Virus record (IMG/VR): IMGVR_UViG_3300045988_106448
Reading direction: 5' to 3' (one strand)
From: a virus
DNA length: 64,000 nt
Position numbers and translations under genes: made by a program. The notes beneath the pieces were generated by a model that ran no database searches, was not told where the DNA came from, and worked only from the letters and a program-made list of their open reading frames with translations. Below, piece by piece: positions 47,739-56,666 of this stretch (its first letter is position 1; each line of letters starts with the position of its first letter).

Positions 47739-47970
47739 CATCACACGAATCATTCTTTTGATTGTTTGGCTTATTTCGTGTTCGGCTTGCGACCCCAATG
47801 CGGCAACCTGTAAACGTTCTAAACAAACAATGAAACGTTTTGATAGCACGAAGGATAAAGAGTTTAAAGCCGTGTACGTTCATAGGCAATATATAGTAGC
47901 TTACGTGATAGAATATGAAGGAAAGCAATACCTTCTGAGCACGGATGGCGGAATTATAGAAATTAAATAA
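47725..47970 (+). CDS. predicted lipoprotein (o-spanin-like candidate)
   Basis: Signal peptide followed by the lipobox LISC (MKAINITRIILLIVWLISCSAC). Confidence 0.45.
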   Translation: MKAINITRIILLIVWLISCSACDPNAATCKRSKQTMKRFDSTKDKEFKAVYVHRQYIVAYVIEYEGKQYLLSTDGGIIEIK

Positions 47971-47980
47971 ATCTTAAACC

Positions 47981-48454
47981 ATGAAAAGAATTTTGTTAAT
48001 AGCCGGGTTAATGATGCTGTGGGTTACGGCTCATTCCCAAATCGCCTACTATAAAACGGGGTGGAAACTTGCTGATCAAGAGAAGGTACACGTTTATAGC
48101 ACGAATAATGGCAGCGTCGAGTTCGAAATAGCTGATGGAGGTGAATACCGTATTCGGGGGTATAACATTGATCTTAAAACCGATTCTTTAGTATTAACCT
48201 TTAAAATTCATTGCGTGTTTATATCATACGATGAACAGATGGGTGGTTACGTGTACAAAGCCACCGTGTTTGATTTCCTAAACCTTAAATATACCAAGTC
48301 ATTTATCTTTTCTAAGAAGAAATTAAGCGAATTTCAATCTGGTCTTACTTTAAATGACGGTATGCTGATTTCAGCTTTTCGTGAAGGAAGCGATGGGAAA
48401 TGGTATCCACAACGTAGATTCGTATTAACCTTTCATAAACGTTTACCAAAATGA
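47981..48454 (+). CDS. secreted protein (signal peptide)
   Basis: MKRILLIAGLMMLWVTAHSQ. Confidence 0.4.
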   Translation: MKRILLIAGLMMLWVTAHSQIAYYKTGWKLADQEKVHVYSTNNGSVEFEIADGGEYRIRGYNIDLKTDSLVLTFKIHCVFISYDEQMGGYVYKATVFDFLNLKYTKSFIFSKKKLSEFQSGLTLNDGMLISAFREGSDGKWYPQRRFVLTFHKRLPK

Positions 48455-48675
48455 GCAACGAAGAACAATTTCAGGAATGGCTCTCAGAGCATAAAGAAGA
48501 ATTAGAAGATGCGGTACTTGATCAATTCTTGGGTTATCACCCCGGTAAAATGGAAAACCCGTGCACCGAAACTTCGGTAACCCAAACTACCCCTCTAACC
48601 ACGAAAATATTCTATGGAATTATAGTGGTGTGTTTCGTGTATCTAGTAATTTGTATTTTAACGCATTATTTGTAA
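48451..48675 (+). CDS. small protein with a C-terminal TM anchor
   Basis: ...IFYGIIVVCFVYLVICILTHYL. Confidence 0.35.
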   Translation: MSNEEQFQEWLSEHKEELEDAVLDQFLGYHPGKMENPCTETSVTQTTPLTTKIFYGIIVVCFVYLVICILTHYL

Positions 48676-48957
48676 GATTATGATTTATGGAGTTTATTTA
48701 GCTTATAACAAATGGGACGTTTTACCTGACTAAGAATGTAGAAACCCAGACATTCCTAATTACCCTCCAGAAATTGCTAGGGTTAGAATTTATAGAAGTA
48801 AATTAGAACAGATGGAAGCCTATGCTAACACGCATTGCCCCGCTTCTCAAACAATAGAAGCTACAACCGAGGCAGAATTCAATCAGAAAGTATAACAAAT
48901 GAAAAAGAATTTTCTTAATAAAGAATGGCTAGAAGAAAATATTAACCCTTACATATA

Positions 48958-49236
48958 ATGAAAGAAGAATTAGAACTTAGAATTAAAATGGATGTAAACT
49001 ACATCAAGGTAGCTTTACAGATACTTGCGCTAGGCGATGACAAAATAGAGGTCATCGTGAATAATTTACCCGAAGATGGGGAATTGGTTATCGATGTGAA
49101 TGGCTTTAGCAATCCCAAATTGGCTCAGATGATTTCTTCTGAAGAGATGTTACAGGTGAAACTCCTGTTATCCTCTCTTGTTGCGGCGCAAGTTGCCATG
49201 AATTTGGAAAAGAAAACGGATACCGTGAAACCTTAG
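48958..49236 (+). CDS. hypothetical protein
   Basis: ORF only. Confidence 0.3.
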   Translation: MKEELELRIKMDVNYIKVALQILALGDDKIEVIVNNLPEDGELVIDVNGFSNPKLAQMISSEEMLQVKLLLSSLVAAQVAMNLEKKTDTVKP

Positions 49237-49287
49237 TGTCGGTCTCCGCATATAAAGTTTGCATAGTTAAATAACTAAATTTAAAAT

Positions 49288-49599
49288 TTGAACAAGATGA
49301 AGAAAAGTGAATTTATTTCAGCAACTGCCAAAAAGGCAGAATTGACCCAAAAAGAAATGGAACGTGCTTTGGACGCCATGTGCGAAGTCATTACGGAAGA
49401 GTGTATTGAAAAGGGTGAGGAAGTTTCCTTCTCTATTGGTAAATTCAAACGTAAAGTGAACCCGGCAAGAACCGGAACCAACCCGTTGACCCAAAAACCG
49501 TTGGACGTTCCAGAAAGCCATACGATTGCTTTCAAACCTTCTAAAACTATCAAGAAGGTGATCGAAGCTGCCCCGGCTAAAAAGGGTAAAAAGAAATAA
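49288..49599 (+). CDS. hup: HU/IHF-family DNA-binding protein with a KKGKKK tail
   Basis: MNKMKKSEFISATAKKAELTQKEMERALDAM...GKFKRKVNPARTGTNPLTQKPLDVPESHTIAFKPSK. Confidence 0.8.
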   Translation: MNKMKKSEFISATAKKAELTQKEMERALDAMCEVITEECIEKGEEVSFSIGKFKRKVNPARTGTNPLTQKPLDVPESHTIAFKPSKTIKKVIEAAPAKKGKKK

Positions 49600-49626
49600 G
49601 ATAAATTTTGCCATTTATTACACAGA

Positions 49627-49668
49627 AAAGAGGGGTCGGGCGGAAACGTGTGGCTCCTCTTTTATTTT
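49627..49668 (+). terminator. rho-independent terminator
   Basis: aagaggggtc...gctcctctttt then attttaa. Confidence 0.5.
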
Positions 49669-49681
49669 AAAGTATTTCGTT

Positions 49682-50050
49682 ATGGATTCAAAGCCAACCC
49701 CGCTATTTGACCACCCTATTAGTATGTCAGAATGGGTGCTCGCAGACTTTAAAAGATTGATGTTTCCACCACGTGAACCAGACCCTAAAGCTATCGCACG
49801 AATGTTTTCGTGTTCCTTTAATAAGATTCGTATAGGGCGGTACATAACCAACTACGACCTATTAAACCAACCCCGCCCAAACCGTTACGTTATTATCTAT
49901 GGAGACCCAAAAGACGATCCATTTAGGGAGTTCATGGGTCAGCTTGTTTACACTTCTGAACACGGCAGAATATACCAATCCTCAGTGAAAATAGTTTTTG
50001 ACGAGTGGAATACCGAATTTGAGGAGGAAATCTTTGGCGTTCCTATTTAA
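49682..50050 (+). CDS. hypothetical protein
   Basis: ORF only. Confidence 0.35.
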   Translation: MDSKPTPLFDHPISMSEWVLADFKRLMFPPREPDPKAIARMFSCSFNKIRIGRYITNYDLLNQPRPNRYVIIYGDPKDDPFREFMGQLVYTSEHGRIYQSSVKIVFDEWNTEFEEEIFGVPI

Positions 50051-50087
50051 TTACTTACCTTTGGCGTATCACAAATAAATAAACATT

Positions 50088-50381
50088 ATGACACCAGAAG
50101 AATTTTACGATGACGAAATGAAAGCCCTTGAAACGGCAATCGAAGAGGAAAAACGGCGTATCGTATTGGAATATGCCAAAATGAAAAACAAGTTTCCGGC
50201 CGGCACCATTATAGAGGATCATATTGGAAAGGGTGAAGTAATTTCCTTTAAAGTAAGTTATTCGCTAACCGGATACCCTGATTTAGTGTACAAGTGCCGG
50301 GCTCTTACTAAAGAGGGTAAACCCACTAAGAAATTAGAATATCGAAGTATTTATTTAAGTAATGTCACAACAAATGATTAA
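50088..50381 (+). CDS. hypothetical protein
   Basis: ORF only. Confidence 0.35.
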   Translation: MTPEEFYDDEMKALETAIEEEKRRIVLEYAKMKNKFPAGTIIEDHIGKGEVISFKVSYSLTGYPDLVYKCRALTKEGKPTKKLEYRSIYLSNVTTND

Positions 50382-50838
50382 GAAAACTCCTCCTTCACGG
50401 AAAGTGACATCTGTGGTCACTATTGATGTAAAGAAACCTTGTAATATGTTTGAACACGTTGCATATATGCACCGTAATTTACCTACTTATATTGATGTAA
50501 AGAAAAGTAGGGCTCGACAAGGAATTGTAACGGTTCAAACGAATGCAGTTGACAACGAAATTCAATTTTTCAAATGCAGCCTTCAGAACTTGGCTAGAGT
50601 GTGGGCAAACAAAGGTGAAAAGATATTAGCCGTTTCTTACGTTTCCAATTCAGTATGGATTTTGAATTGGGACTGGATTATGGAATTCGACATAATAAAG
50701 AAAACTTTGAAACCAGACAAGTACCCCTCCTACACGGAAGTTTTGGATTACACCTGTATAGGCAAATACCTATTGGATGATTTAAAAGAGAAAGTAAAAA
50801 ACAAAGAAGTGAATTTATTAGGATTGAAATTGAAATGA
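50362..50838 (+). CDS. hypothetical protein
   Basis: ORF only. Confidence 0.35.
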   Translation: MSQQMIKKTPPSRKVTSVVTIDVKKPCNMFEHVAYMHRNLPTYIDVKKSRARQGIVTVQTNAVDNEIQFFKCSLQNLARVWANKGEKILAVSYVSNSVWILNWDWIMEFDIIKKTLKPDKYPSYTEVLDYTCIGKYLLDDLKEKVKNKEVNLLGLKLK

Positions 50839-51062
50839 GTGAATCTACTGCGTCTCAAAGTGCTTACGCCCGTATAAATATGCGTGATGCCGTGCAAGTG
50901 TACAAGGATAAATTCCTAACCGAACCTAACGCTTTAGTGAAGGTTTCTGACGTGTATTACGTCTTAAACAGGCTTGAAGTTATCATTAATAACTTGGCTA
51001 CTGCAAACGATGAATTAAAACGGGATGTGCAACGGTTGAAACAGAAAAACAAGATATTATGA
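50835..51062 (+). CDS. hypothetical coiled-coil protein
   Basis: ORF only. Confidence 0.3.
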   Translation: MSESTASQSAYARINMRDAVQVYKDKFLTEPNALVKVSDVYYVLNRLEVIINNLATANDELKRDVQRLKQKNKIL

Positions 51063-51280
51063 ATGAAGAAAACGATCTGCTGAAACAGATTAAGGCGAAT
51101 GTTGCTAATTTGCGAAATGCTTTAGGGTTCATCAGCCCTAATGAAAATCCAGCTATTATATCAAATAAAATGGTAAGGGCTATGCACCAAACACAATCAT
51201 GTCTATATGCAATTACGTCATATATAGAACAATTAGATACACGCCTTAAAACTTTAGAAAATGAATGCAAGAACGATTGA
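51059..51280 (+). CDS. hypothetical protein
   Basis: ORF only. Confidence 0.3.
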   Translation: MNEENDLLKQIKANVANLRNALGFISPNENPAIISNKMVRAMHQTQSCLYAITSYIEQLDTRLKTLENECKND

Positions 51281-52037
51281 ATTATTACAACAATACGCCG
51301 CACGATACGAAACCCCCGAATTCGTGCTTGATGACCCGGTACAATTTCCACGGCGTTTCACAAATGTTCGTGACATTGAAATAGCAGGATTCATCGCTCA
51401 GTGGTTGGCTTACGGTAGCCGCAAAGCCTTTATCAAAGTTGCTAATCAATTGTTTGAAACTATGGCTTCCTACACTACTTCTCCGTACACGTTTATTTCA
51501 GGGGGTTATTACTACCAAATGAGAAAAAATTACCCAGATACTCAGCGTTTATACCGCTTCTTCACTTACGGTAATTTTTACGACTTGTGCGAGGGGCTTG
51601 CTTGCGTGTACCGTATTTACAACACGTTAGAGGATGCGGTACTATATGAAGCCAATCGTGACAAATACAACGGTTGCAATATACGTTATCTGATAGGTTT
51701 GATAAACGTGTTCTTTTACCTACGTGGTAAGCCGATAAAAGGTATTCCAAAAGATTGGTCATCGGCGTGCAAGCGTTTAAATATGTTCTTGCGATGGATG
51801 GTGCGTAGGAATAGCCCGGTTGACCTTGGGGTGTGGCATTTTGATCCTAACGCCTTGTTAATACCGCTAGACACGCACGTTGCACGGGTGGCACGTGAAT
51901 TGGGTCTAATAACTAGTAAAAGCAACGATATGGCCACGGTGATACAACTTAGCGAGGTATTACGTAAAGTGTTTCCTAAAGACCCCGCACGAGGTGATTT
52001 TGCGTTATTTGGTTATGGAATAAACAATAAAAAGTAA
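51261..52037 (+). CDS. HhH-GPD-superfamily DNA-glycosylase-like protein (Bacteroidetes DUF2400/TIGR02757-like)
   Basis: LLIPLDTHVARVARELGLI resembles the endonuclease III hairpin follower VDTHVfRVanRLGL; no Fe-S Cys cluster. Confidence 0.45.
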   Translation: MNARTIELLQQYAARYETPEFVLDDPVQFPRRFTNVRDIEIAGFIAQWLAYGSRKAFIKVANQLFETMASYTTSPYTFISGGYYYQMRKNYPDTQRLYRFFTYGNFYDLCEGLACVYRIYNTLEDAVLYEANRDKYNGCNIRYLIGLINVFFYLRGKPIKGIPKDWSSACKRLNMFLRWMVRRNSPVDLGVWHFDPNALLIPLDTHVARVARELGLITSKSNDMATVIQLSEVLRKVFPKDPARGDFALFGYGINNKK

Positions 52038-52039
52038 AT

Positions 52040-52327
52040 ATGGCAAATTATCTTATTCATGAAGAAGCCGAAAGGTTCTTCCATAACAAGTTAAAAGAAT
52101 TGAACGTCCCACCTCATCATCAAGAAGTGGATAGTGATTACTACAATGCCGTCATCCAAGCGATAATAGGGTACGCTAAACAAAAGGTAGAAGATGATGA
52201 CAACGGGTATTGTTGTGAATGTGGTGCCAAGTTGCAGCCCGGAGAAGGTTACGAAACACAAATCGATGGCATAGTTTGCGATAATTGTCGTATGAATTAT
52301 ACCGATGACGGTTCATGGAAGTGGTAA
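52040..52327 (+). CDS. hypothetical Zn-ribbon protein
   Basis: CCECG...CDNC. Confidence 0.35.
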   Translation: MANYLIHEEAERFFHNKLKELNVPPHHQEVDSDYYNAVIQAIIGYAKQKVEDDDNGYCCECGAKLQPGEGYETQIDGIVCDNCRMNYTDDGSWKW

Positions 52328-52459
52328 TCTTCCCTATAAAGATACCGTACTAGGTAAAGGTATTCTATAATGTTTGAATTTATATTATTTAGGTTTGTTA
52401 TGTTATTTTGACAACGGGCGTGTAACTGTCGTGAGATAGATACACGCTATTTTATTTTG

Positions 52460-52505
52460 TTCAAATTAAAGTATATTTGTGACGATATATCAACTTTAAT
52501 TTGAA
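52460..52505 (+). promoter_or_regulatory. promoter box TATATTTG (52473-52480) embraced by a perfect 13-bp inverted repeat (operator-like)
   Basis: ttcaaattaaagt at 52460-52472 and actttaatttgaa at 52493-52505 are exact reverse complements. Confidence 0.5.
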
Positions 52506-52511
52506 ATAATT

Positions 52512-52733
52512 ATGGAAAAAGATTTCTTAACTATCACGCCCGAATCGGGTAGTGGTAATGGTTCATTGAACGTGGTGGCGGCAGCGAACACCGGAGCCGC
52601 TCGTAGTACAACCGTTAACATCGGTGGGAGTGGTATCAGTAAAACTGTAACAGTTAGTCAAGAAAAGGGTGCAGTTAATGTTCTTATTGCAGGCTGGTAT
52701 GGTACCCTTGCAAAGATAGAAATTCCTAGATAA
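52512..52733 (+). CDS. short BACON-like domain protein
   Basis: ITPESGSGNGSLNVVAAANTGAARSTTVNIGGSGISKTVTVSQ matches the C-terminal half of the Bacteroidetes BACON domain. Confidence 0.5.
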   Translation: MEKDFLTITPESGSGNGSLNVVAAANTGAARSTTVNIGGSGISKTVTVSQEKGAVNVLIAGWYGTLAKIEIPR

Positions 52734-52758
52734 ATGTATAATTATTAAAGTATATGTT

Positions 52759-53607
52759 ATGGCAACAGTAAAAAATACAAAATGGAGGCATTTTGCTTAT
52801 GGTAATGGAATGTATGTTGTAGGTGGAGAGAATGCTATAGATAGTAACATAGCATATTCAACGGATGGTATTAATTGGACTCCGGTGGATACTAGTGTAT
52901 ATAGGATAGATTCAATGGCTTATGGAAATGGTAAATTTATAGCTTGTGGTATGGGTAAACGAGGGGATGCTAGTAATACTGATGTTTCCATGGGTTATTC
53001 AAACGATGGGAAAAGTTGGTCGTTTACTACGCTAGGGTATTATACAGATTATAGAAAATTAGGTATAATATTTGCTGAAAATAGATTTGTTGCTGGTGGT
53101 AAAAATAGAGTTGTAGAGTATTCTACAGATGGTGTAACTTGGAATTCAGTTACCGTGGTTAATTATGATATTTCATATTCTCTAATTGCGTACGGTAACG
53201 GCATATATATTGCATTAGAAAATGCATCCCCTAGTCAAGCTAGATATTCTATTTCACGTAATGGTTTAACAGGTTCTTGGACTTCTGGAAACTTAGCATC
53301 GGAACAATCCATTAAAAATGTGGTCGATGTAATCTTTAATGTAGAGGAATTTGTAATTATTGCTGGAAAGACCATATATACTACACCGGATTTTATAACT
53401 TTTACACGAAAGTCTAGTGTAAGTGGTAGACTTTTAAAAGCAAGTTATAAAGATGGATTATACGTCATAGTTGGTAAGCAGGGTAGCAACGACAATGCTT
53501 ATTTAGCATATTCCACTGATTTAACAGAATGGACAGAAATAAACCCTATCATTGATGAAACAGGAAAGACTGTAACTGATGAGCTAGACGGAGTTCTAAT
53601 TATGTAG
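52759..53607 (+). CDS. BNR/Asp-box repeat beta-propeller protein (sialidase-like fold; candidate receptor-binding or glycan-binding)
   Basis: Repeated YSTDGINWT, YSNDGKSWS, YSTDGVTWN, YSTDLTEWT (S-x-D-x-G-x-T-W) alternating with AYGNG(M/K/I)Y. Confidence 0.6.
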   Translation: MATVKNTKWRHFAYGNGMYVVGGENAIDSNIAYSTDGINWTPVDTSVYRIDSMAYGNGKFIACGMGKRGDASNTDVSMGYSNDGKSWSFTTLGYYTDYRKLGIIFAENRFVAGGKNRVVEYSTDGVTWNSVTVVNYDISYSLIAYGNGIYIALENASPSQARYSISRNGLTGSWTSGNLASEQSIKNVVDVIFNVEEFVIIAGKTIYTTPDFITFTRKSSVSGRLLKASYKDGLYVIVGKQGSNDNAYLAYSTDLTEWTEINPIIDETGKTVTDELDGVLIM

Positions 53608-53693
53608 TAATGTATAAACGAATTAATTATGGACACCGTATAACGGGTGTTCTATTTTTGATTTTATAACTGACAATATTGGTTATTAATCTC

Positions 53694-53730
53694 TGCCCTG
53701 ACCGTCGTGATGATGGACAGGGGTTTTTCA
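53694..53730 (+). terminator. strong rho-independent terminator
   Basis: ccctgac-...-gacagggg then ttttt. Confidence 0.6.
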
Positions 53731-53867
53731 TTTACAAAACTTTTCACAAGGTGCTCCGTACAGTACCGTGCAATTAACATACGAAGCTGCTGAAAATATC
53801 ATTCGTATGCAAATTGTATTCTTCGGAATTAAAATGAATAATGGTTTGAACTATTTGAATTTCAGAG

Positions 53868-53914
53868 TTTCCGGATTTTTCTTTGCATATATCCAAAAGT
53901 ATATTATATTTGTA
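53868..53914 (+). repeat. 47-bp promoter-bearing element, copy 1 (contains TATATTTG at 53905-53912)
   Basis: tttccggatttttctttgcatatatccaaaagtAtattatatttgt; identical bar one base to 59098-59144. Confidence 0.7.
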
Positions 53915-53949
53915 TTGTTATTAAATGTCAAACATAAAACCAAAACACA

Positions 53950-54192
53950 ATGGAATTAAAGATTGAAAATCAAGTTGAAAACTTAACCGCTACTAAAGCA
54001 GTTTGTTTCGTGGAGGTTATCAATAGCGTGCTCAAGGCAGCCGACGAGCAAACGTTATGTTATTTAATGTCTCGTTTAGCTTCTACAACCCCTCTAACGG
54101 TTTACTTTGACTACGGTTTCGGTGCTCACCACTTTTGGATGGCAGACCTTGATTCTAAGACAAAATCACGTGTTTTATTTGCAGAGTTTTAA
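53950..54192 (+). CDS. hypothetical protein
   Basis: ORF downstream of repeat copy 1. Confidence 0.3.
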   Translation: MELKIENQVENLTATKAVCFVEVINSVLKAADEQTLCYLMSRLASTTPLTVYFDYGFGAHHFWMADLDSKTKSRVLFAEF

Positions 54193-54266
54193 CCACGGGG
54201 GCGCAAGCCCCCACAACCAGATATCGACATATAACGTATTAAGACTAATTTTAATAACTAAAAATT

Positions 54267-55040
54267 ATGGACATTTCAGCAAAGAAAATTATTTTGATTG
54301 ACATGGACGGAACGCTTATCAATACTCGTTCCGGTGCAACGTTTCCAAAAGGAACGTGGGATATGACCCTTAACATGGATGTATTCGAAAGACTTCGTGA
54401 CCTTCACCCTCTTGCAATTCTTATCAACACGAATCAAGGCGGTATTGAATTAGGAATCGTCAACCCCGTGTTTTTCGAATGTAAATTGAGGTTCGTGTTG
54501 GCTTCCCTACAAGAATTCGTGGGGCAATACACTCAGGTAGCCGCCCGGTACTGCCCGGCTAACGCTAAGGAAGACCCCATGCGCAAACCGAACCCCGGTA
54601 TGCTTAACACGTTGGTTTCCGAATTCGCTACCCAATTAGGAAGGGACATTGATAACAAGGAATGTATTATGATCGGTGACGCTTCTGGCTTGCCGGGCGA
54701 TCATAGCGATAGTGATTTGCAAGCCGCTCGGAATTTCGGTTGCGAGTATCTCGACGTTAACGAATTTATCAAAATGGAAATTCCTGAACCTAAATATCGT
54801 TTGGTATTTATGGAAAACGGTAAAGATTTCCCAGAATGTAATAACCCCGGCACCTTGTACACCAAAGAAGAAGTCGAAAAGGAAATCTCCAAACAAAAAG
54901 AAAAAGGTATAGAATTATGTGCCGTGCCTGAAAAGTGGGAACTTCCTAACATTGTTGAAGAACGTCGTAGTGCGGTAGCCGAGCAACAACCCCAGAAGGG
55001 CAAGAAAGTTATCATGAAACCGAAAACCCGTAAACGTTAA
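54267..55040 (+). CDS. HAD-superfamily phosphatase (subfamily IIIA; polynucleotide 3'-phosphatase/GmhB-like)
   Basis: ILIDMDGTL (DxDGT), RKPNPGM, IGDASG...D. Confidence 0.65.
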   Translation: MDISAKKIILIDMDGTLINTRSGATFPKGTWDMTLNMDVFERLRDLHPLAILINTNQGGIELGIVNPVFFECKLRFVLASLQEFVGQYTQVAARYCPANAKEDPMRKPNPGMLNTLVSEFATQLGRDIDNKECIMIGDASGLPGDHSDSDLQAARNFGCEYLDVNEFIKMEIPEPKYRLVFMENGKDFPECNNPGTLYTKEEVEKEISKQKEKGIELCAVPEKWELPNIVEERRSAVAEQQPQKGKKVIMKPKTRKR

Positions 55041-55044
55041 GACT

Positions 55045-55632
55045 ATGCCACTACTAGGAGAAAACATGGCTACGAAAATCGCTCGTCGTTTACGTGAACG
55101 TAATTTCGATGAGGATATTGATAAATTGGTAGATAAACTAACGGTAGCTTTGGAAAATGCCACTGTTAGATATACTCCCGATTGCATCAAGAATTTACCC
55201 CCTGACGTGCAAGAAAAGTTCTTGGATTACCACGATTATGTATATATTTCACCCACCAATAATCCTTGGTCTAAAACGTGGAACTTAAAAGAGAAGCCGT
55301 CTAGTTATTTACATATCAACGTCAGATTCCCAAATAAAACTATTAAATGGGAAGGGTGGGAGGAATGTGTGGCAATGGATGTCACGGTGCAATCTATCTT
55401 ACAAGAAATCTGGGAAAAGAAATTAGAAGCCCATTATTTCCTGAACAAAACCAAATGCGTTATCATGAATACCCTGAACAACCTTACTCTTCTAAAGAAG
55501 AACTTCCCGGAGGCGTACGAGGCTTACAAGGAAATTCATAAAGTTGACGCTGAGAAAATACAGCAACAACGTAGCCAACCCGTTTGTGACGACGTTGAAG
55601 AATTACGTGCGAAACTTAAAACGAATCAGTGA
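55045..55632 (+). CDS. hypothetical protein
   Basis: ORF only. Confidence 0.35.
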   Translation: MPLLGENMATKIARRLRERNFDEDIDKLVDKLTVALENATVRYTPDCIKNLPPDVQEKFLDYHDYVYISPTNNPWSKTWNLKEKPSSYLHINVRFPNKTIKWEGWEECVAMDVTVQSILQEIWEKKLEAHYFLNKTKCVIMNTLNNLTLLKKNFPEAYEAYKEIHKVDAEKIQQQRSQPVCDDVEELRAKLKTNQ

Positions 55633-55958
55633 TGTTAACGAAAGCCTTCAAATTAAGCATATTAAAGAAATGGTGGTTCCGTTATTGGGTACACCCGTTC
55701 GAATACAAGGCGGTAGGCAAAGACCTGTTCGACCGAACCATGCTCTGGAACGAATTCCTAAAACAGTTCTTTGACACCGAAATTGTTTGGAACGTGAACG
55801 CTATCACGAATGAAGCTGACCCTTTCATTAACGTGAAAGAAAGAAACGGTAATCGTATGGTCATGGCGAAGAAATATGTTGATACAGACATTTATCAATT
55901 ACCGGGTCAGTACCGTATTTACAGGCACGACAAGGGAATTATTTTTGAAATCAACTAA
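55629..55958 (+). CDS. hypothetical protein
   Basis: ORF only. Confidence 0.35.
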   Translation: MMLTKAFKLSILKKWWFRYWVHPFEYKAVGKDLFDRTMLWNEFLKQFFDTEIVWNVNAITNEADPFINVKERNGNRMVMAKKYVDTDIYQLPGQYRIYRHDKGIIFEIN

Positions 55959-55964
55959 CAATAT

Positions 55965-56309
55965 ATGAGAAAGTTTAGACCAAATATGAAATACGCCGAT
56001 GCACAAATTAGAGCGATTCTAAAGTTCAATGAATCTTTAAACGCCAATGAACACCGAATGCACCGTGTACCGCATAACCATACCAAATCTGAAGAACAAT
56101 TAGGAATTCCAATCGATATGGTAATAGTGGACGCTGAATTTTCGGATTGGTTTCATATTTCCTTTCCTCTATTTAGTATGAAAGATCATGTTGTGGTACT
56201 TAAAGACGAGTATTATCAACTCAAGATGCTTCTACATCAATGGGAAAGAAAATCTGAACTAGAACGTGCGAAATGGCTAAAAGCACATTGGTCTAACCCT
56301 TTCTTATAA
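55965..56309 (+). CDS. hypothetical protein
   Basis: ORF only. Confidence 0.35.
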   Translation: MRKFRPNMKYADAQIRAILKFNESLNANEHRMHRVPHNHTKSEEQLGIPIDMVIVDAEFSDWFHISFPLFSMKDHVVVLKDEYYQLKMLLHQWERKSELERAKWLKAHWSNPFL

Positions 56310-56321
56310 ACTAACATCGTT

Positions 56322-56663
56322 ATGGGAACAAAACGGCGTCAACCATATCAGTATAAGAGACCCTCTAATAACACTGAATTACGGGTTTCGGTGGGGCAGC
56401 TAATAAAGTGTAAAGGTAAAAAGTATATCGTTGCCCCAGAAGCCCGTGAGAACGGTCTACAAATGGGTTGTTGGGGTTGCGCCTTTAACATGGCTCCTAA
56501 ACGTGAGGAATTCACGATTCCGCCTTGTAAATGTTCCCTAAAAAACGACTTCACCCCGGTAGCGGTGTATATCACCAAAAGAAACCGTGAACTCGTGTAT
56601 ACCTGTCATGACTTGTTTCTGGCGTGTACGGGTAAACAATCAGTTATTTACATAAAGAAATAG
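56322..56663 (+). CDS. hypothetical Cys-rich protein
   Basis: ORF only. Confidence 0.35.
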   Translation: MGTKRRQPYQYKRPSNNTELRVSVGQLIKCKGKKYIVAPEARENGLQMGCWGCAFNMAPKREEFTIPPCKCSLKNDFTPVAVYITKRNRELVYTCHDLFLACTGKQSVIYIKK

Positions 56664-56666
56664 ATT

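Noticed and set aside
48676-48957. 280-nt gap holding only micro-ORFs of 17-27 aa
   Set aside because: Too short to support without conservation data. It could be small peptides or a leader, so it is left unannotated.
53768-53959. 63-aa + ORF overlapping the duplicated promoter element
   Set aside because: It spans the terminator and promoter element, and the second copy of the element carries no equivalent ORF.
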